Below, piece by piece: positions 12,807 to 26,299 of a stretch of DNA of 64,000 bases; within the stretch, counting starts at the first letter, position 1, and each line of letters starts with the position of its first letter. The stretch covers positions 72,416,001 to 72,480,000 of the forward strand of contig OX597831.1 in the NCBI GenBank assembly GCA_951406725.2, given 5' to 3'. Under the pieces are notes generated by a model. The model was given only the letters and a program-made list of their open reading frames with translations, made no database searches and had not been told where the DNA came from. The DNA comes from Octopus vulgaris (Eukaryota). Made by a program: the position numbers and the translations under genes.

Positions 12807-13404
12807 GTAACGTTGACAAAACAGAAGGTAACTTCTGATAAAAGCTGAAAATTTTACTCTTTCTTTCACTGCTCTTCTGAACAACCCATCTTTTCTATTT
12901 CATCTGAGAGTCTTCCCTCTTTCCCCCTCTTTATACCTAATGTCTGTCCCTTTCCAGACCTTATTCTAAATACTTTACTCAGACCTTACCCAACAGAAAT
13001 ACTTCCCTCTGTAATTCCACTCCTGGAACCGTGTGATTAGGAAGCAAGGTTCTTACCACACATCCATGCCTATGCTTTTTGAAGCAAACCCCACTGTGGT
13101 AAACAAGGATAGAGGTATATTTATTTCTTTATTGCCAACAGCGGGCAAAACATTGAGGGGATAAACACGGACAGAAAAAGAGATTAAGTCAATTACATCA
13201 ACTCCAGTGCGAAACTGGTACTTATTTAATCGACCCCGAAAGGATGAAAGCAAAGTTGACCTCGGCAGAATTTGAACTCAGAACATAATGGCAGATGAAA
13301 GAACGTAACAGCAGAAGAATAGATGTATATTGATAATATGATGATACCAGTGGCCTTCCTTTTCTTCCATTGCAGCATGTGATTTGAAGGAGATTAGTTT
13401 GCTA

Positions 13405-13867
13405 TACTCTTTTACTCTCTCTCTTTTACTTGTTTCAGTCATTTGACTGCGGCTATGCTGGAGCACCGCCTTTTAGTCGAGCAAATCAACCCCGGGACTT
13501 ATTCTTTGTAAGCCCAGTACTTATTCTATCGGTCTCTTTTGCCGAAGGTGGCAAGCTGGCAGAAACGTTAGCATGCTGGGCGAAATGCGTGGCCGTATTT
13601 CGTCTGCCGCTACGTTCTGAGTTCAAATTCTGCTGAGGTCGACTTTGCCTTTCATCCTTTCAGGGTCGATAAATTAAGTACCGGTTATGCACTGGGGTCA
13701 ATGTAATCGACTTAATCCGTTTGTCTGTCCTTGTTTGTCCCCTCTGTGTTTAGCCCCTTGTGGGTAGTAAAGAAATAGGTCTCTTTTGCCGAACCGCTAA
13801 GTGACGGGGACGTAAACACACCAGCATCGGTTGTCAAGCAATGCTAGGGAGACAAACACAGACACAC

Positions 13868-13900
<33 letters not shown>

Positions 13901-14073
13901 CATATATACGACAGGCTTCTTTCAGTTTCCTTCTACCAAATCCACTCACAAGGCTTTGGTTGGCCCGGGGCTATAGTAGAAGACACTTGCCCAAGATGCC
14001 ACGCAGTGGGACTGAACCCGGAACCATGTGGTTGGTTAGCAAGCTACTTACCACACAGCCACTCCTGCGCCTA
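13405..14073 (-). mobile_element. SINE family A interrupted by a nested SINE family B
   Basis: Full family A sequence split at 13546/13778. Confidence 0.9.
13547..13777 (+). mobile_element. SINE family B nested insertion with 16-bp TSD
   Basis: GGTCTCTTTTGCCGAA duplicated at 13531-13546 and 13778-13793. Confidence 0.9.
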
Positions 14074-14170
14074 TGTCTAGATAATTGAGTGTCTGTGTAG
14101 AAGCTCTCTAGTTGACTCTCGCACACCATTTGGCTTCAGTGCAACGTAATTGCTCTCTCTCTTTCGACAG

Positions 14171-14261
14171 GACAAACTTGATGAAATGGAGAGAAACCAT
14201 CAAAACATAAGCTGCCAATATTTCGTGACTCAAGAAAAACTCAATGAACCGAATATTAAAG
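14171..14261 (+). CDS. OXNAD1: OXNAD1-like exon (DKLDEMERNHQNISCQYFVTQEKLNEPNIK-D)
   Basis: CT-rich tract CAG acceptor, G|GTAAT donor, 91 nt. Phase 0 start and phase 1 end fit the neighbouring exons. Resembles the I.CSLHVT segment. Confidence 0.85.
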
Positions 14262-14266
14262 GTAAT

Positions 14267-14482
14267 CTTTTACTCTTTTACTCTTTTACTTGTTTCAGTC
14301 TTTTGACTGCGGCCATGCTGGAGCACCGCCTTTAATCGAGCAACTCGATCCCGGGACTTATTCTTTTGTAAGCCCAGTACTTATTCTATCGGTCTCTTTT
14401 GCCGAACCGCTAAGTAACAGGGACATAAACACACCAGCATCGGTTGTCAAGCAATGTTAGGGGAACAAACACAGACACACAA

Positions 14483-14527
<45 letters not shown>

Positions 14528-14688
14528 CATATATACAACGGGCTTCTTTCAGTTTCCGTCTACCAAATCCACTGACAAGGCTTTGGCCGGCCCGAGGCAC
14601 TTGCCCAAGGTGCCACGCAGTGGGACTGAACCTGGAACCATGTGGTTGGTAGACAAGCTACTTACCACACAGCCACTCCTGCGCCTAT
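14267..14688 (-). mobile_element. SINE family A, full length
   Basis: Same as 5791 and 49196. Tail starts a few nt after the exon donor. Confidence 0.9.
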
Positions 14689-14935
14689 AAATGTTTTAAT
14701 TTTTTTTTTTTCGTTTTTACTTTTTTCAGTCTGAAGCCATGCTTTAAAGAGTTAATCAAACGAATCAACTCCAGGGTTTATTAATTTTTTTTGTAAACCC
14801 TCATACTTATTTTATTGTTCTCTTTTGTTGAACTGTTAAGTTATGGGGATCTAAACATAACCAATACTGGTTGTCAAGAGGAGTTGGGGGACAAACATAG
14901 ACATAAAAACACACACACACTCATATATGTATGTT

Positions 14936-14978
<43 letters not shown>

Positions 14979-16642
14979 AGGATGAATTATATTTTGTCCT
15001 TTAATTTGGAAGATTCTTAAAAACGATTTCTAATATAGATTCTTCGTATTTTGCTGGTAGCTTACTGGTATAAATTTGTAGCTTACAAGTTTATATATAT
15101 AATATAAATAATATATATATATATATATATATATGCATATATACAAACATACATGTACATACCTACATATATATGTACAAACATACATGTACATACCTAC
15201 ATATATATGTACAAACATACATGTACATACCTACATATATATGTATATATACATGCATATACGGGTACAGGATGTCAAAAAACAAGAACGAAATGAGAAA
15301 CAAGAACATAAAAAAGCAAAAGCATGGAAAACAAACTTTTTTTCAAACAATGAAAAAGACAAATAGAGAAACGAGGCAGGCAACATAAAGAACATTCCCT
15401 TCATCAGTTGTCCCCTGTTTTATCTACTCCACTTTTCGAAGGTAGGGACCACACAGCCAAGCCTGACTTTTGAGAGATCTTGTTTTTGCATGGAAGAAAT
15501 TGTCTTTTTATTCAAAACAGACGGAAGTCGGTTCCTCAAGTATTTCGGAATTTCATGGTGTTCTGGTTGACAACTAGGATATAAGATGTTATATATTTTG
15601 GAAGTGGTTAATTGAACAAACTGTAAGCAAAATGGAAAAGTAGTATGTTTTAATGGTGATTCTTGTTGCATGGATGTGATCCTACCACCATTGAAGTTGT
15701 GATACTGATGCCTTTCTAAGAAGTATTAGAAATGTAAATGAACCGGTTCAAGTGACACCCAAGATTTGGTTCAGTTTACCAGAGATCTTGTGCTTTTAAC
15801 AGCAGTTCATTTGTTTGCGAGATTATGAAACTCACGAGAAATAAAAGATATTTTTGTTAGTGCTAAATGTCTGAGGTAAGATGCTGTCATACTGCCTCAG
15901 CATCAACTGCTCCCTTCGTCAAGTCAGCTTCACTGATGTGACATAGTTTGAATGCAACTGGTTTGCCATCGCATTTGGTGTTAACATAACACCAAAAAGG
16001 ACAGTGAAATATTGCACATTGTCCTGATCTTGTCATTCTGAGGGGTCAAATTTCCAGCTTGGAATGCAACCTGAAATGATAATTTCTCCATCATCAACTT
16101 GATGAAAGCAGAAACAGCCTCAGGCTCCATACTCCAACAGGATGAGGACTGCAAATTGATGTCCCGATGCTCTTCTGTGATTTTCTTTTTGAACCTACAG
16201 CAGGGGAAATGTCTGGTGATCTATAACACTGGACCACCTCTCAGTCTGATCAACGTAGAGATGGCTAGCTGCAGGAATGAGTTCTGCAAGAATTTGAACA
16301 GTTCTTTTGGCAAATCTTGCTGACAATTCTTTGTGAGTAACACATGGCATTTTGTCTGTTAAGACCACAAAACATGTAATTAAAGTGTTTGAGCTTGTGA
16401 AATTTTATGATTTTAAGAATTTTTGGGAATAAAAAGATATTTCTATTCAGCCACTTCCAGACAATTCACTTAATCTCTAATGGTGAAAAGTGATTCTTTT
16501 TAAATATTTACATTTTCACATGAAAAAGATTTTACGTCTCTTTTTTATAGTTTAGTCAGAGAGAGAAGGGCTGTAATGATAACAGAATTTTTTTGTCCTC
16601 CAAGACAGGTGGGGAAAAGCATAGAACTTATCCTTAATTTAA

Positions 16643-16862
16643 GGTGGTGAGCTGGCAGAAACGTTAGCATGCCGGGCGAAATGCATATCGGTATTTCGTC
16701 TGCCATTATGTTCTGATTTCAAATTCCGCCAAGGTTGACTTTGCCTTTCATCCTTTTGGGGTTGATAAATTAAGTACCAGTTATGCACTTGGGTTGATGT
16801 AATCGATTTAATCCCTTTGTCTGTCCTTGTTTGTCCCCTCTATGTGGGCAATAAAGAAATAA
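16643..16862 (+). mobile_element. SINE family B, full length
   Basis: GGTGGTGAGCTGGCAGAAACGTTAGC...AATAAAGAAATA with an imperfect TSD (CTTATCCTT) on both sides. Confidence 0.85.
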
Positions 16863-17212
16863 GACCTTATCCTTTATAGGGGCCTGATCAGAATTCTTGT
16901 AACAGACTGGAATTTGCTAAAGGCATTCAAGGACCAGATGGCAGCTGTGTTGATACATTGGGTGATAGATTAAGTTTGCTACCCACGAGCAGAGAGGAAA
17001 TACCAAGCAGGCTTCCACATGGTTTCCATTTCCAAAATTCCTCTCCTAAGTATCGATCTGAAGCACTTGTTCAAGGTGTTGCATAGTGAGATTAAAGTTA
17101 AAACCACATAGTCTGCATCGTTAAGAACCAAACTTCTTAACACCTGTGTGTGTGTGTGTTGTCTTGATTTAAGTTTTAATCTTTGTTTAATTTTTCTTCT
17201 TCTCTCCTTCAG

Positions 17213-17379
17213 ATTGTCGAATAAACAAAGAAGATGTGGAAAATGCTTTTCAAATGGTGGACAAAAGCAAGTGCAAAGTATTTCTGTGTTTACCATTCGA
17301 AATGTGCAATGAAATTGAAGATACATTACTGAATCAGGATATTGTAATTGACCAAATATTTTCTATCAATTGGTGGTAA
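17213..17379 (+). CDS. OXNAD1: OXNAD1-like terminal exon (CRINKEDVENAFQMVDKSKCKVFLCLPFEMCNEIEDTLLNQDIVIDQIFSINWW*)
   Basis: Strong pyrimidine tract CAG acceptor, phase 1. Ends in the characteristic WW-stop of OXNAD1. Confidence 0.9.
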
Positions 17380-17387
17380 TCTTGATA

Positions 17388-17393
17388 AATAAA
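17388..17393 (+). promoter_or_regulatory. Candidate polyadenylation signal AATAAA (alternative at 17619-17624)
   Basis: AATAAA downstream of the OXNAD1 stop codon. Usage not demonstrable from sequence. Confidence 0.4.
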
Positions 17394-17814
17394 ACCACTT
17401 TTCCAGGTATTACCAGAACATACACCACCAAAATTTTGTTGGTGGCACTCAAAGAAACATCATAAATTTTTTCTAGCTTTTATATTTTTAATATTTTTTC
17501 CCTTCTCTTTTGCAACTCTAATTCGCCATTTTATATGTTCTTCCACAATACTCATCTCTTTCTGGCACAGACAAATGATTCTGAAATTCAAAAAACTCCA
17601 TGAGTCCTTGTGGTTTAAAATAAATGCCAGATTTATGGGTTTTTGCTACATTTCCTTTACTTCACTTCAATATATTTAACGTGTATTTAAGTATATTATA
17701 ACATTAAAACCATGATATACCATAAATATATCACTAACAGAGAAACGGAAGCCGCCTATCTGTTGGTCACGTGATATATCGTCTGCTGTCTTTCTCTTTT
17801 CATTACTAGAGATA

Positions 17815-17888
17815 TCGTCTGCTCTTCCATTCTATCGTGTCATATGTCGTCTGCTCTTCCATTCTATCGTGTCATATGTCGTCTGCTC
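17815..17888. repeat. 32-bp tandem repeat, ~2.3 copies
   Basis: TCGTCTGCTCTTCCATTCTATCGTGTCATATG repeated. Confidence 0.85.
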
Positions 17889-17937
17889 AATGAACCTACC
17901 TTACAACTACCGCATCTGTTTCTTTTTATATCTCACT

Positions 17938-17982
<45 letters not shown>

Positions 17983-18219
17983 AACACACACACACACACA
18001 TGCGCGCACACACACACACACACACATCCTTTCTTTCTTTCTTTCTGTCTGACTGTCTGTCTCTCTCTCTCTCTGTCTTTCTCTCTCAATGTATGTTCAA
18101 TTATTAATCTTTCTCTTTTAGTAATTCTCTACGTTTCTCTTTCCCTTCCAAGTTACCCCCTCCACATTTTGTCTTTTTCTCTTTAACCATCAGCTACCCA
18201 TACGTACATTTACGCATGA

Positions 18220-18250
<31 letters not shown>

Positions 18251-18551
18251 TACATACATTCATGTAAACTCCATGCGCACACACACACACACACCCACAT
18301 TTATATATTTATATCTTCACATTCATGCGGTGTGAAGTAGTTGGATAAAACAATCCTGATGTCTTCTCGTCTTCTTCTAATGGCCGTTCGCCTGTGTATT
18401 ACGAAGAGAGAGAGAGAGAGAGAAGAAAGAAAAAAAGCAGGAAGAATACGGAGTAGAAGAGAAAGAGAAAGGAAACAAAATCACTCTCTGCCTTTCTTTC
18501 TTGGTTACTCGTATCACTTTCTCGTTTACGTTTCTCCACCCCCTTCTCTCT

Positions 18552-18589
<38 letters not shown>

Positions 18590-19426
18590 CTCTCTCGTTC
18601 TCTCTTTCTCTGTCTGTCTATCTGTCTGTCTCTGACGCACCAAAATACACACACACACACGTGCAGAGGGAGAAAGACAGAGAGAAAGAGGAAGGGAGAA
18701 AGAAAAAGTGAAAGGGTGAAAGAAAAAGTGAAAGGGTGAAAGAGTAAGTGCGTGGGAAAGAGAGAGAGAGTGTGTGAAAGGGAGAAAGAGAAAGTGTGAA
18801 GGAAGGGAGAGGGAGAAAGTATTTCCTTATTCACCATAAAGTAAGAGCGAAGGAGGGAAGAGAAAAAAAGAGTGGGAGAGAAAGTGACGGACGGAAAGAG
18901 AAGGTGAAGGCGTAGGAGTGTGTGCACGTGTGTTCAGTCAAGCAGCCAACCATTCGAAAACGACCGAACCATTCCCGCCTTTCCCACTCTGAGCAGACGA
19001 AGACCTTTTTACTGCCGAAATAACATTTAATAATATTATCCTTGGGTCTTTTCTGTTTGGTTGCCAATTTCAATTTCTGTTCAAATTTATTTCGTTTTCA
19101 GTGTAACGATCCATTTTTATAGCAGGAGTGTCAAAACTCATTTTAGTTCACGGGCCACATAGCAACCCATTTTGATCTCAAGCGGACCGGACAAGTAAAA
19201 TCATGGCATAAGAATCTATGAATAGCCGTTTCAAAATTTTCTCTTTGTTTTAGTGTAAAGTACATTCTGAAAATGTTTATGTTTAAAGAATTTTTTTGCA
19301 AAACATTGAACAAGCGAAAGTGGGAACTTTTAAAGAAGACTGAGTTATCACACTGCCTTGTATATGTATACAATTTATAAAAAAAAAAAAAATTTTTTTA
19401 ATTTTAATCACTTTTTTTATCATTTA

Positions 19427-19823
19427 CTAGCAATATCGCCCGGCGTTGCTCGGGTTTGTAAGGGAAATAACTATATAAGCATTTTTAGAGATGTAAAGTA
19501 TAATAGTCATCTCAATATGGCTAACCACAAAGGGAGGGGGGGTTACTGTAGCTTTTTACGTTCTGAGATTTAATAATACATTTTTAGAGAGTTACTTCCC
19601 TTATATAATAGCGAAAAAATGCATTAAAAATGGGAAAAAATTATGGTAAATTTTTTTTAAATCGTTGACTCATCGTAGACGCGCGCTAATACCCAGAAGG
19701 GCTCGATATGAATCACGACTATAAGATACCCGCTTTTGGTTACACTGCACTGCAAAATGTGGGAGTAGTTAGGAATCTAAATCGTAGGAGACAGACACAC
19801 AACTTCACTTTTATATATAAAGA
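19427..19823 (-). mobile_element. Non-autonomous Helitron, copy 1 of a tandem pair
   Basis: Minus strand 5'-TC...CCCGAGCAACGCCGGG hairpin...CTAG-3'. Confidence 0.85.
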
Positions 19824-20336
19824 CTAGCAGTATCGCCCGGCGTTGCTCGGGTTTGTAAGGGAAATAACTATATAAGCATTTTTAGAGAGTTACTTCCCTT
19901 ATAGATGCCAATTCGGGCTTTCTTAGCCATTTCTGCTTTGGTGTCTTCAAGCCATGAAGTCGTTGTTCTAAAAGAACGCTGGTCTCTTTGACAACGCTTT
20001 ACGACGTTGATTTCCTTACACTCCCTTCCCCACAGCTTCACGAGGGAGGGAAGAAGGGGGAGAAGTAAACAGGTGCAGGTGTGACCATGGACGCCAACTC
20101 CGCCGCCATCGACACACGAAAAATTATGCATTAAAATGGAATAAAAAATGATGTTAAATTATTTTTAAAATCGTAGACTCATCGTAGACGCGCGCTAATA
20201 CTCAGACGGGCTCGATATGAATCACGACTATAAGATACCCGAATTTGGTTAAACTGCATCGCAAAATGTGAGAGTAGTTAGGAATCTAAATCGAAGGGGA
20301 CAGACACTCACACAACTACAGTTTTATATATATAGA
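19824..20336 (-). mobile_element. Non-autonomous Helitron, copy 2 of a tandem pair
   Basis: Abuts copy 1 with no spacer. The pair sits between A and T on the minus strand, with no TSD. Confidence 0.85.
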
Positions 20337-20339
20337 TAT

Positions 20340-22351
20340 CCAATATGTTCCTGAACTTGGCATCTTTTCTCCTTCACAAGTGCATCAATATCAGGCGTCA
20401 AATCCTGAGTAGCAGCCAATTTCAGGATGTCATTTAGGTGTGAGCCTTGAGTGCAGATTTGTTTTTTTTGGGGGTTTTTTTTATGCTCATAGAGAAAACT
20501 TGTTCACAAAAGTAGGTAGTCCTGAACAAGCACAAAACTTTCGCAGCAAGGGCTGTAAATTTGGGGTTCTTTGGTAAGTGATACTGATAAAATATGTCCA
20601 AGCCTACCGAGATAAATTTGTTGTTCAAATCTGAATCCCACTGCAAGTCAATCATTTCAAGTTGGATGTTGACGAGCAGATCAGAGGCGTTGACTGTAAA
20701 TGGCGAGCGAAAACTGTAAGATCTGTCTCAAGTTCATTAAAAATCCGAAACCGTTGCTCAAATTCTCGCAGAAATCCCGTGATATCGTCTTTGTACCGAT
20801 TCATGTTAACATTATCCGCAGTCGCAACCACATCTTTTAGACAAGGAAAACGAGCAGGGTCACCACCTGACAGTTGTTTCTCCCACAAAGTTAGCTCCAT
20901 CTTAAATGCACGAATGCTTTCAAAATACTGTGTGACAACTTTTTTACGACCTTGCAGCATTTTGTTCAGATTATTCAAGTGCTCTGTCGGAGCACTGCAT
21001 CCTTCAAAACTTCCATGCTTTCTGAGATTCGCCAAAACTACAGCTGATTTTCTCCCCTCCATACACACACAAGCATGTATCTGACTCATACATTGTTCGC
21101 TTTCCAGACATTTGTACATTACTGCATATACTCTGACAAGTTGTGGTGCACCTGAGCACTATACAATAATTTCATTATTATTATTATTATTATTATTCAT
21201 CTGCGCCCTTCCTCTTCCGGTCAGCTCCCCAGCCGCTGACGTCATCCCACACTCGCTGGCCAGATGAAATGGGGGTGGTTCCGGTTCGCAGGCGGTATGT
21301 CTGACGCCACTGTTTTTTAGGCTGATCAATGCCATGGAAATCATTTTCGTAATAACTCAATATCGGTGTGATATGGCAAGCCACAAGTAACGCCTATATC
21401 GCGTCAAACTGACTGTGGTTCAGACCTCCTGCTCGGACGAAATTAACAGTTCGGACAACCACTTCCAAGACGGGATCCATTTTGAATGGCTGGCAACACA
21501 ATGCCTCCTGGTGCAAAATGCAGTGAAATATCCCCAAATCACGTCTTCCATTTGCAGTCTGTACTTTCTCTCTGAACTGCGTCACAACACCTGATTTTTT
21601 CCGCAATCAATGATGGCGCGCAATCTGTAGCCACGCTGACAGCACAGGTTCAATCCACTCCGACCCTGTCCAACGCTCCAACGAGAGTGATGAAAATGTT
21701 ATTTGTTGTTGTGGTGTATATCATAGGAACCAATTCCAGGAACCCGTCGGTGACGGTCAAAGTCTTATCTACACCACGAATGAATATGGCCAGTTGCACA
21801 ACGTCCGTAATGTCCGTACTCTCATCAATTGCAACCGCAAATGCAAAAAAATTACTTGACTTTGTGCTTCAGTTACCTGTCCAAATCTACAGAAAGATTT
21901 GAAATCCTATCTGCCAGTGTTTCTCGTCGGGCTAATGTTGGCAAAGGCCTGTCACTTCTCAGGGCATGTAATTTCTGCAACCTTCAATATGCATGTTTTC
22001 ATGAACTCTCCCTCACAGTACGGCTTCGATGCTAATGCTACTTCTCTAGCAACAAGGTAGCTAGCTTTTACTGCTGTGTGACTGATATCTCGGCTTTGGG
22101 TTGTTTCTCCAGATCAACTAACAATTTATTTACCTTCTCTCATCTCATTTCTCCTAGCAAGTTATTGTATTTGTCGGCATGATGTCTCATAGTGGAACCG
22201 AATGTTATATTCTCTGAGCACTGAAACCTGCTGCGAACACTCCAAACAAACAAGTTTCCCCATTCACCTCCATTAATAAATAGGAAAAGGACCACTTTTC
22301 TTGAAATAATCTACATTCTGTATCCACTTTTCTCCCTTATGTCAAAGACAT
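20340..22351 (-). pseudogene. hAT transposase pseudogene
   Basis: Fragments RKVDTECRLFQEKW...CLEC...EYNIRFHYE, VAIDESTDITDVVQLAIFIRGVD, FHCILHQEALC, HLNNLNKMLQG, TTYFCEQVFS, with stops and frameshifts. Confidence 0.88.
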
Positions 22352-23229
22352 TTTGGGTAAGGTCAAACAGAGCGAAATATTGACCTAAAAATAGAAAACA
22401 AGTTGTTAGTCATTGAATTTATTTTTTAAAAAATATATATTTATTCCAATACAATATTTAAACAAATTTTAAAATAATTTAACGAAGTGTTTTTTTTATT
22501 AGAAATTGAAGCATTGATACTATCATCATCCATACTCAAACAATCAACATTCACAATAATAAGTAAATAAATATATAATATAATTTTTACATTTTTCGAA
22601 GTCATCTTGCTGTAGTGAGTGAATGCGGAAGATTAGAAGTAAGACACCTACGTTTTCCCCGATCGAAAAAGGGCGTAATCTTCCTTCGCCTTACGCGCGT
22701 CACCTGCGCTATTCCTCTTCCGGTCAGCTCCCAGCCGCTGACGTCATCCCACACTCGCGGGCCAGATGTCTGACGCCCCTGTTTTATAGGCTGATCAATG
22801 CCATGGAAATCATTTTCGTAATAACTCAATATCGGCGTAATATGGCAAGCCACAAGTAACGCCTATATCGCGTCAAACTGTGACTGTGATTCAGACCTCC
22901 TGCTCGGACGAAATTAACAGTTCGGACAACCACTCCCATGACGTGATCCATTTTGAGTAGATAATAACTCAATAAATAAAGAGTTATTATCTATTAAAGT
23001 ATGAAAATTCTGGGTATTTTTAGCCGATCATAAGCTACAGACACATTCATACCTGTTTCCTTAGTAACAAGCCGAACACGAGAAATCTTTTGTCTGTGAG
23101 AAAGCACCAGCTGACGAATATATTGAAACCACTTGCCGACGCTGTGTTCTACTGTTTTACCCACCGAAATGCATATCGAATGCTTTTCCGTGAGTGAAAA
23201 TGATCAAACTTTAAACCTCTGTAACTTCA

Positions 23230-23296
23230 AAGACTCACGACAAAAGAAGCACCGAATACTCACATCGCTGTGAACAGGATTCGAACCTGTGCGGGT
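23230..23296 (-). pseudogene. 3' half of tRNA-Ser plus trailer, inverted copy of the 23869 gene end
   Basis: Minus strand CCCGCACAGGTTCGAATCCTGTTCACAGCG-ATGTGAGTATTCGGTGCTTCTTTT is nearly identical to 23921-23975. Confidence 0.8.
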
Positions 23297-23868
23297 AATT
23301 ACGTAAGACACGTAATGTGCGATTGGTGGGGTAATATTATTGCGGGTCAACGCGGCAGGACAAAAAATAAAGCATCAGTTGAACATTTGAGTCGATGTCG
23401 TCGAGTGGCCACCTCCTTCGAATTTTCAGGCCGTGTTACCATCCAATATACTACATCAAAACTACTGCAACGATACCACCAACCTCCTCCACCCCACCCA
23501 GTCTTTTCTTTCTTTTTTTCACAACTGACAAAAGCAATACTAAAAAGCGAACAAGAAACGAGACAAACTCTACGGCGGTAAACTGTGGTCTGTTAAAACA
23601 TTTTATGTGAAGATCAAGGTCAGAAAATAAATATATCAGAATATAAAACAGAGATTATCAAAGGAAATGGTGGTAAAGTTAGAAATATATTTGATGTCGA
23701 GATCAGAAGATAAATAATGTTATTTAAATAACATTAAACTATCTTAGCGACTGCCATTTCGGCACCTATATTACTGACCTCAACAGTAACTAAATAATTT
23801 AATCAATTCACCTGGATTAATGAGGTTTGTTTATTTAAGTAATCAAATGCAAGTGTCTCTTGTCAGCA

Positions 23869-23950
23869 GCTGTGATGGCCGAGTGGTTAAGGCGTTGGAC
23901 TTGAAATCCAATGGGAGTTTCCCGCACAGGTTCGAATCCTGTTCACAGCG
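23869..23950 (+). tRNA. tRNA-Ser (anticodon TGA)
   Basis: 82-nt cloverleaf: GCTGTGA/TCACAGC, TTGGA-CTTGAAA-TCCAA, long variable arm, intact A and B boxes, G73. Confidence 0.95.
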
Positions 23951-25594
23951 ATGTGAGTATTCGGTGCTTCTTTTATCGTGAGTCTTAAAATTATTTCAGA
24001 TATAGTTATTGTCGAAGGATATTAAATTCACATATTCACGTTCCAATCTACCAGAAATATAAAGAATATAAAATAAAACGGAAGCTATTCTTTTGATTCT
24101 TGCCGTTCACCGTGTATATGACGATTTATGGAATTGTCGACAACGGCTTGTTTTCCATTTCCATTGGAAACTTGAATTCGGGATATCAAAATAGAAAATA
24201 AAGAACTCCTGCTAACTATTTATTTTGCTAATTTCTCTCTTGGAATAATTTCTAAGTTGATTGTAGTGAATCTGGTGTTAGCTAAGTTGCAATACACTGT
24301 CTTGTGTCACCTTTTGGAAAGTAAAATCTCAACAAAGAATTCGTCTGAAACGCGTCCTGGTCCCCCTAACCTTGTTTGTTCTGCTGCAGAATTTGTGAAA
24401 TCCAGAAAGAGATTCTGGCAGCTCTCCGCCTTCAGTAACACTCTGCCATCTTTTTTATTATACCGAGAATCAAAAAACTAGAAATATGTATAATGTAGAT
24501 AGATTTATAGTTGTTTATTTGAAAGCTTCAAACGTGGAGATTGCAGACGATATACGAACTTCCTCATGTTCTCTTAAATGAAGAGAAAAATAACTGATAA
24601 TAATTTAGACTAACGATTCTCTGGGTAACTGAAGAATGAGATGCGTCTTTTTATAGCTATTTGAAGAAATTAGTGCTGCCAGCAGCTGTGATGGCCAAAA
24701 CTTAAAATAAAGATATTCATTTGGAAACTAAAAGATAAATATGCATCTTCTCTGATGAGAGGAAAATCATTCCCGAAATATATCTGCAAAAGGTTCCACC
24801 CTAACTATATTTCTGTTTTCTTAAGAGAACAATAGAATGTTTTCACATCGCTCGCAATCTCCACAACTAAACTCTTCGAAATAAATATCTGTATTCTTAT
24901 CTCTATTTGTTTCTAGTATGCTTTCCAAATATTTTATAAAACGATACTTTTCTGTGGAGAATATTCCTCGGGTTTCGCTTTTATTAAATGCCGTACAGTG
25001 GCCTTCATACCGTTACTTTATTGTACAATATATTTCATGAAGTTTTTAATATCTTTTTCAAATACTTCAAACATAAAGGATTTAATTTTCATCACAGCTT
25101 CAGAATTGTCACGTGACTCACTTTGTGTCGCGACTCATTTTTGGCGAAACTGCATCTGTTTCAGTAGAAACACTGTTTCACATTTAAAAAAGCCAAAACT
25201 GTGTCTTAGTTGCAAGGATGTGTGGCAATAGAGAAATGATGCAGCAATAGGGGCAGGTCAGACCGAGATGTTGGGACAATCCTGCACTCTAGCGGAACCT
25301 GTTACACATACAAACACGCGTGCGCACGCGCACGCACACATGTTTAGTATTTTAATATTTGCTATCGAAAAAAGTAGTGCTCAATACCAGAGTAGAGAGA
25401 AATCATCTTTTATTTTGGTACTCTGAGTTTCGTCTTTCGGTGCACAAAATCTCTTTGGTAAAACTCAGGGTAGCAAGGAAATAACTCGGCCAAGATAATA
25501 CACACACACACACAAACACACACACACACGCACACACACATACAGATATATACATATATATGCGTGTGTGTATATATATATATATAGATAGATG

Positions 25595-25655
<61 letters not shown>

Positions 25656-25724
25656 AAATATATATATCTGTGTGTGTGTATATATCTATATGTGTGTGTG
25701 TGCGTGCGTGCTTTATCTTTATTC

Positions 25725-26289
<565 letters not shown>

Positions 26290-26299
26290 ATAAAGGGTA

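Larger units (their letters stand above)
19123..22781 (-). mobile_element. hAT (Charlie/Buster, GTF2IRD2-like) DNA transposon, decayed, with both ends
   Basis: Termini CAGGAGTGTCAAA (19123, +) and CAGGGGCGTCAGA (22781, -), 8-bp TSD TTTTATAG (19115-19122, 22782-22789). Confidence 0.85.

Noticed and set aside
15385-15445. Hammerhead at minus-strand CTGATGA near 15401-15407
   Set aside because: No convincing stem II followed by GAAA in this copy.
15480-16330. Possible decayed transposase in the last OXNAD1 intron
   Set aside because: Many stops and no motif I can name with confidence.
24300-24478. Possible minus-strand exon (FFDSRYNKKDGRVLL...)
   Set aside because: Open frame with AG/GT but no recognisable homology or partner exons.
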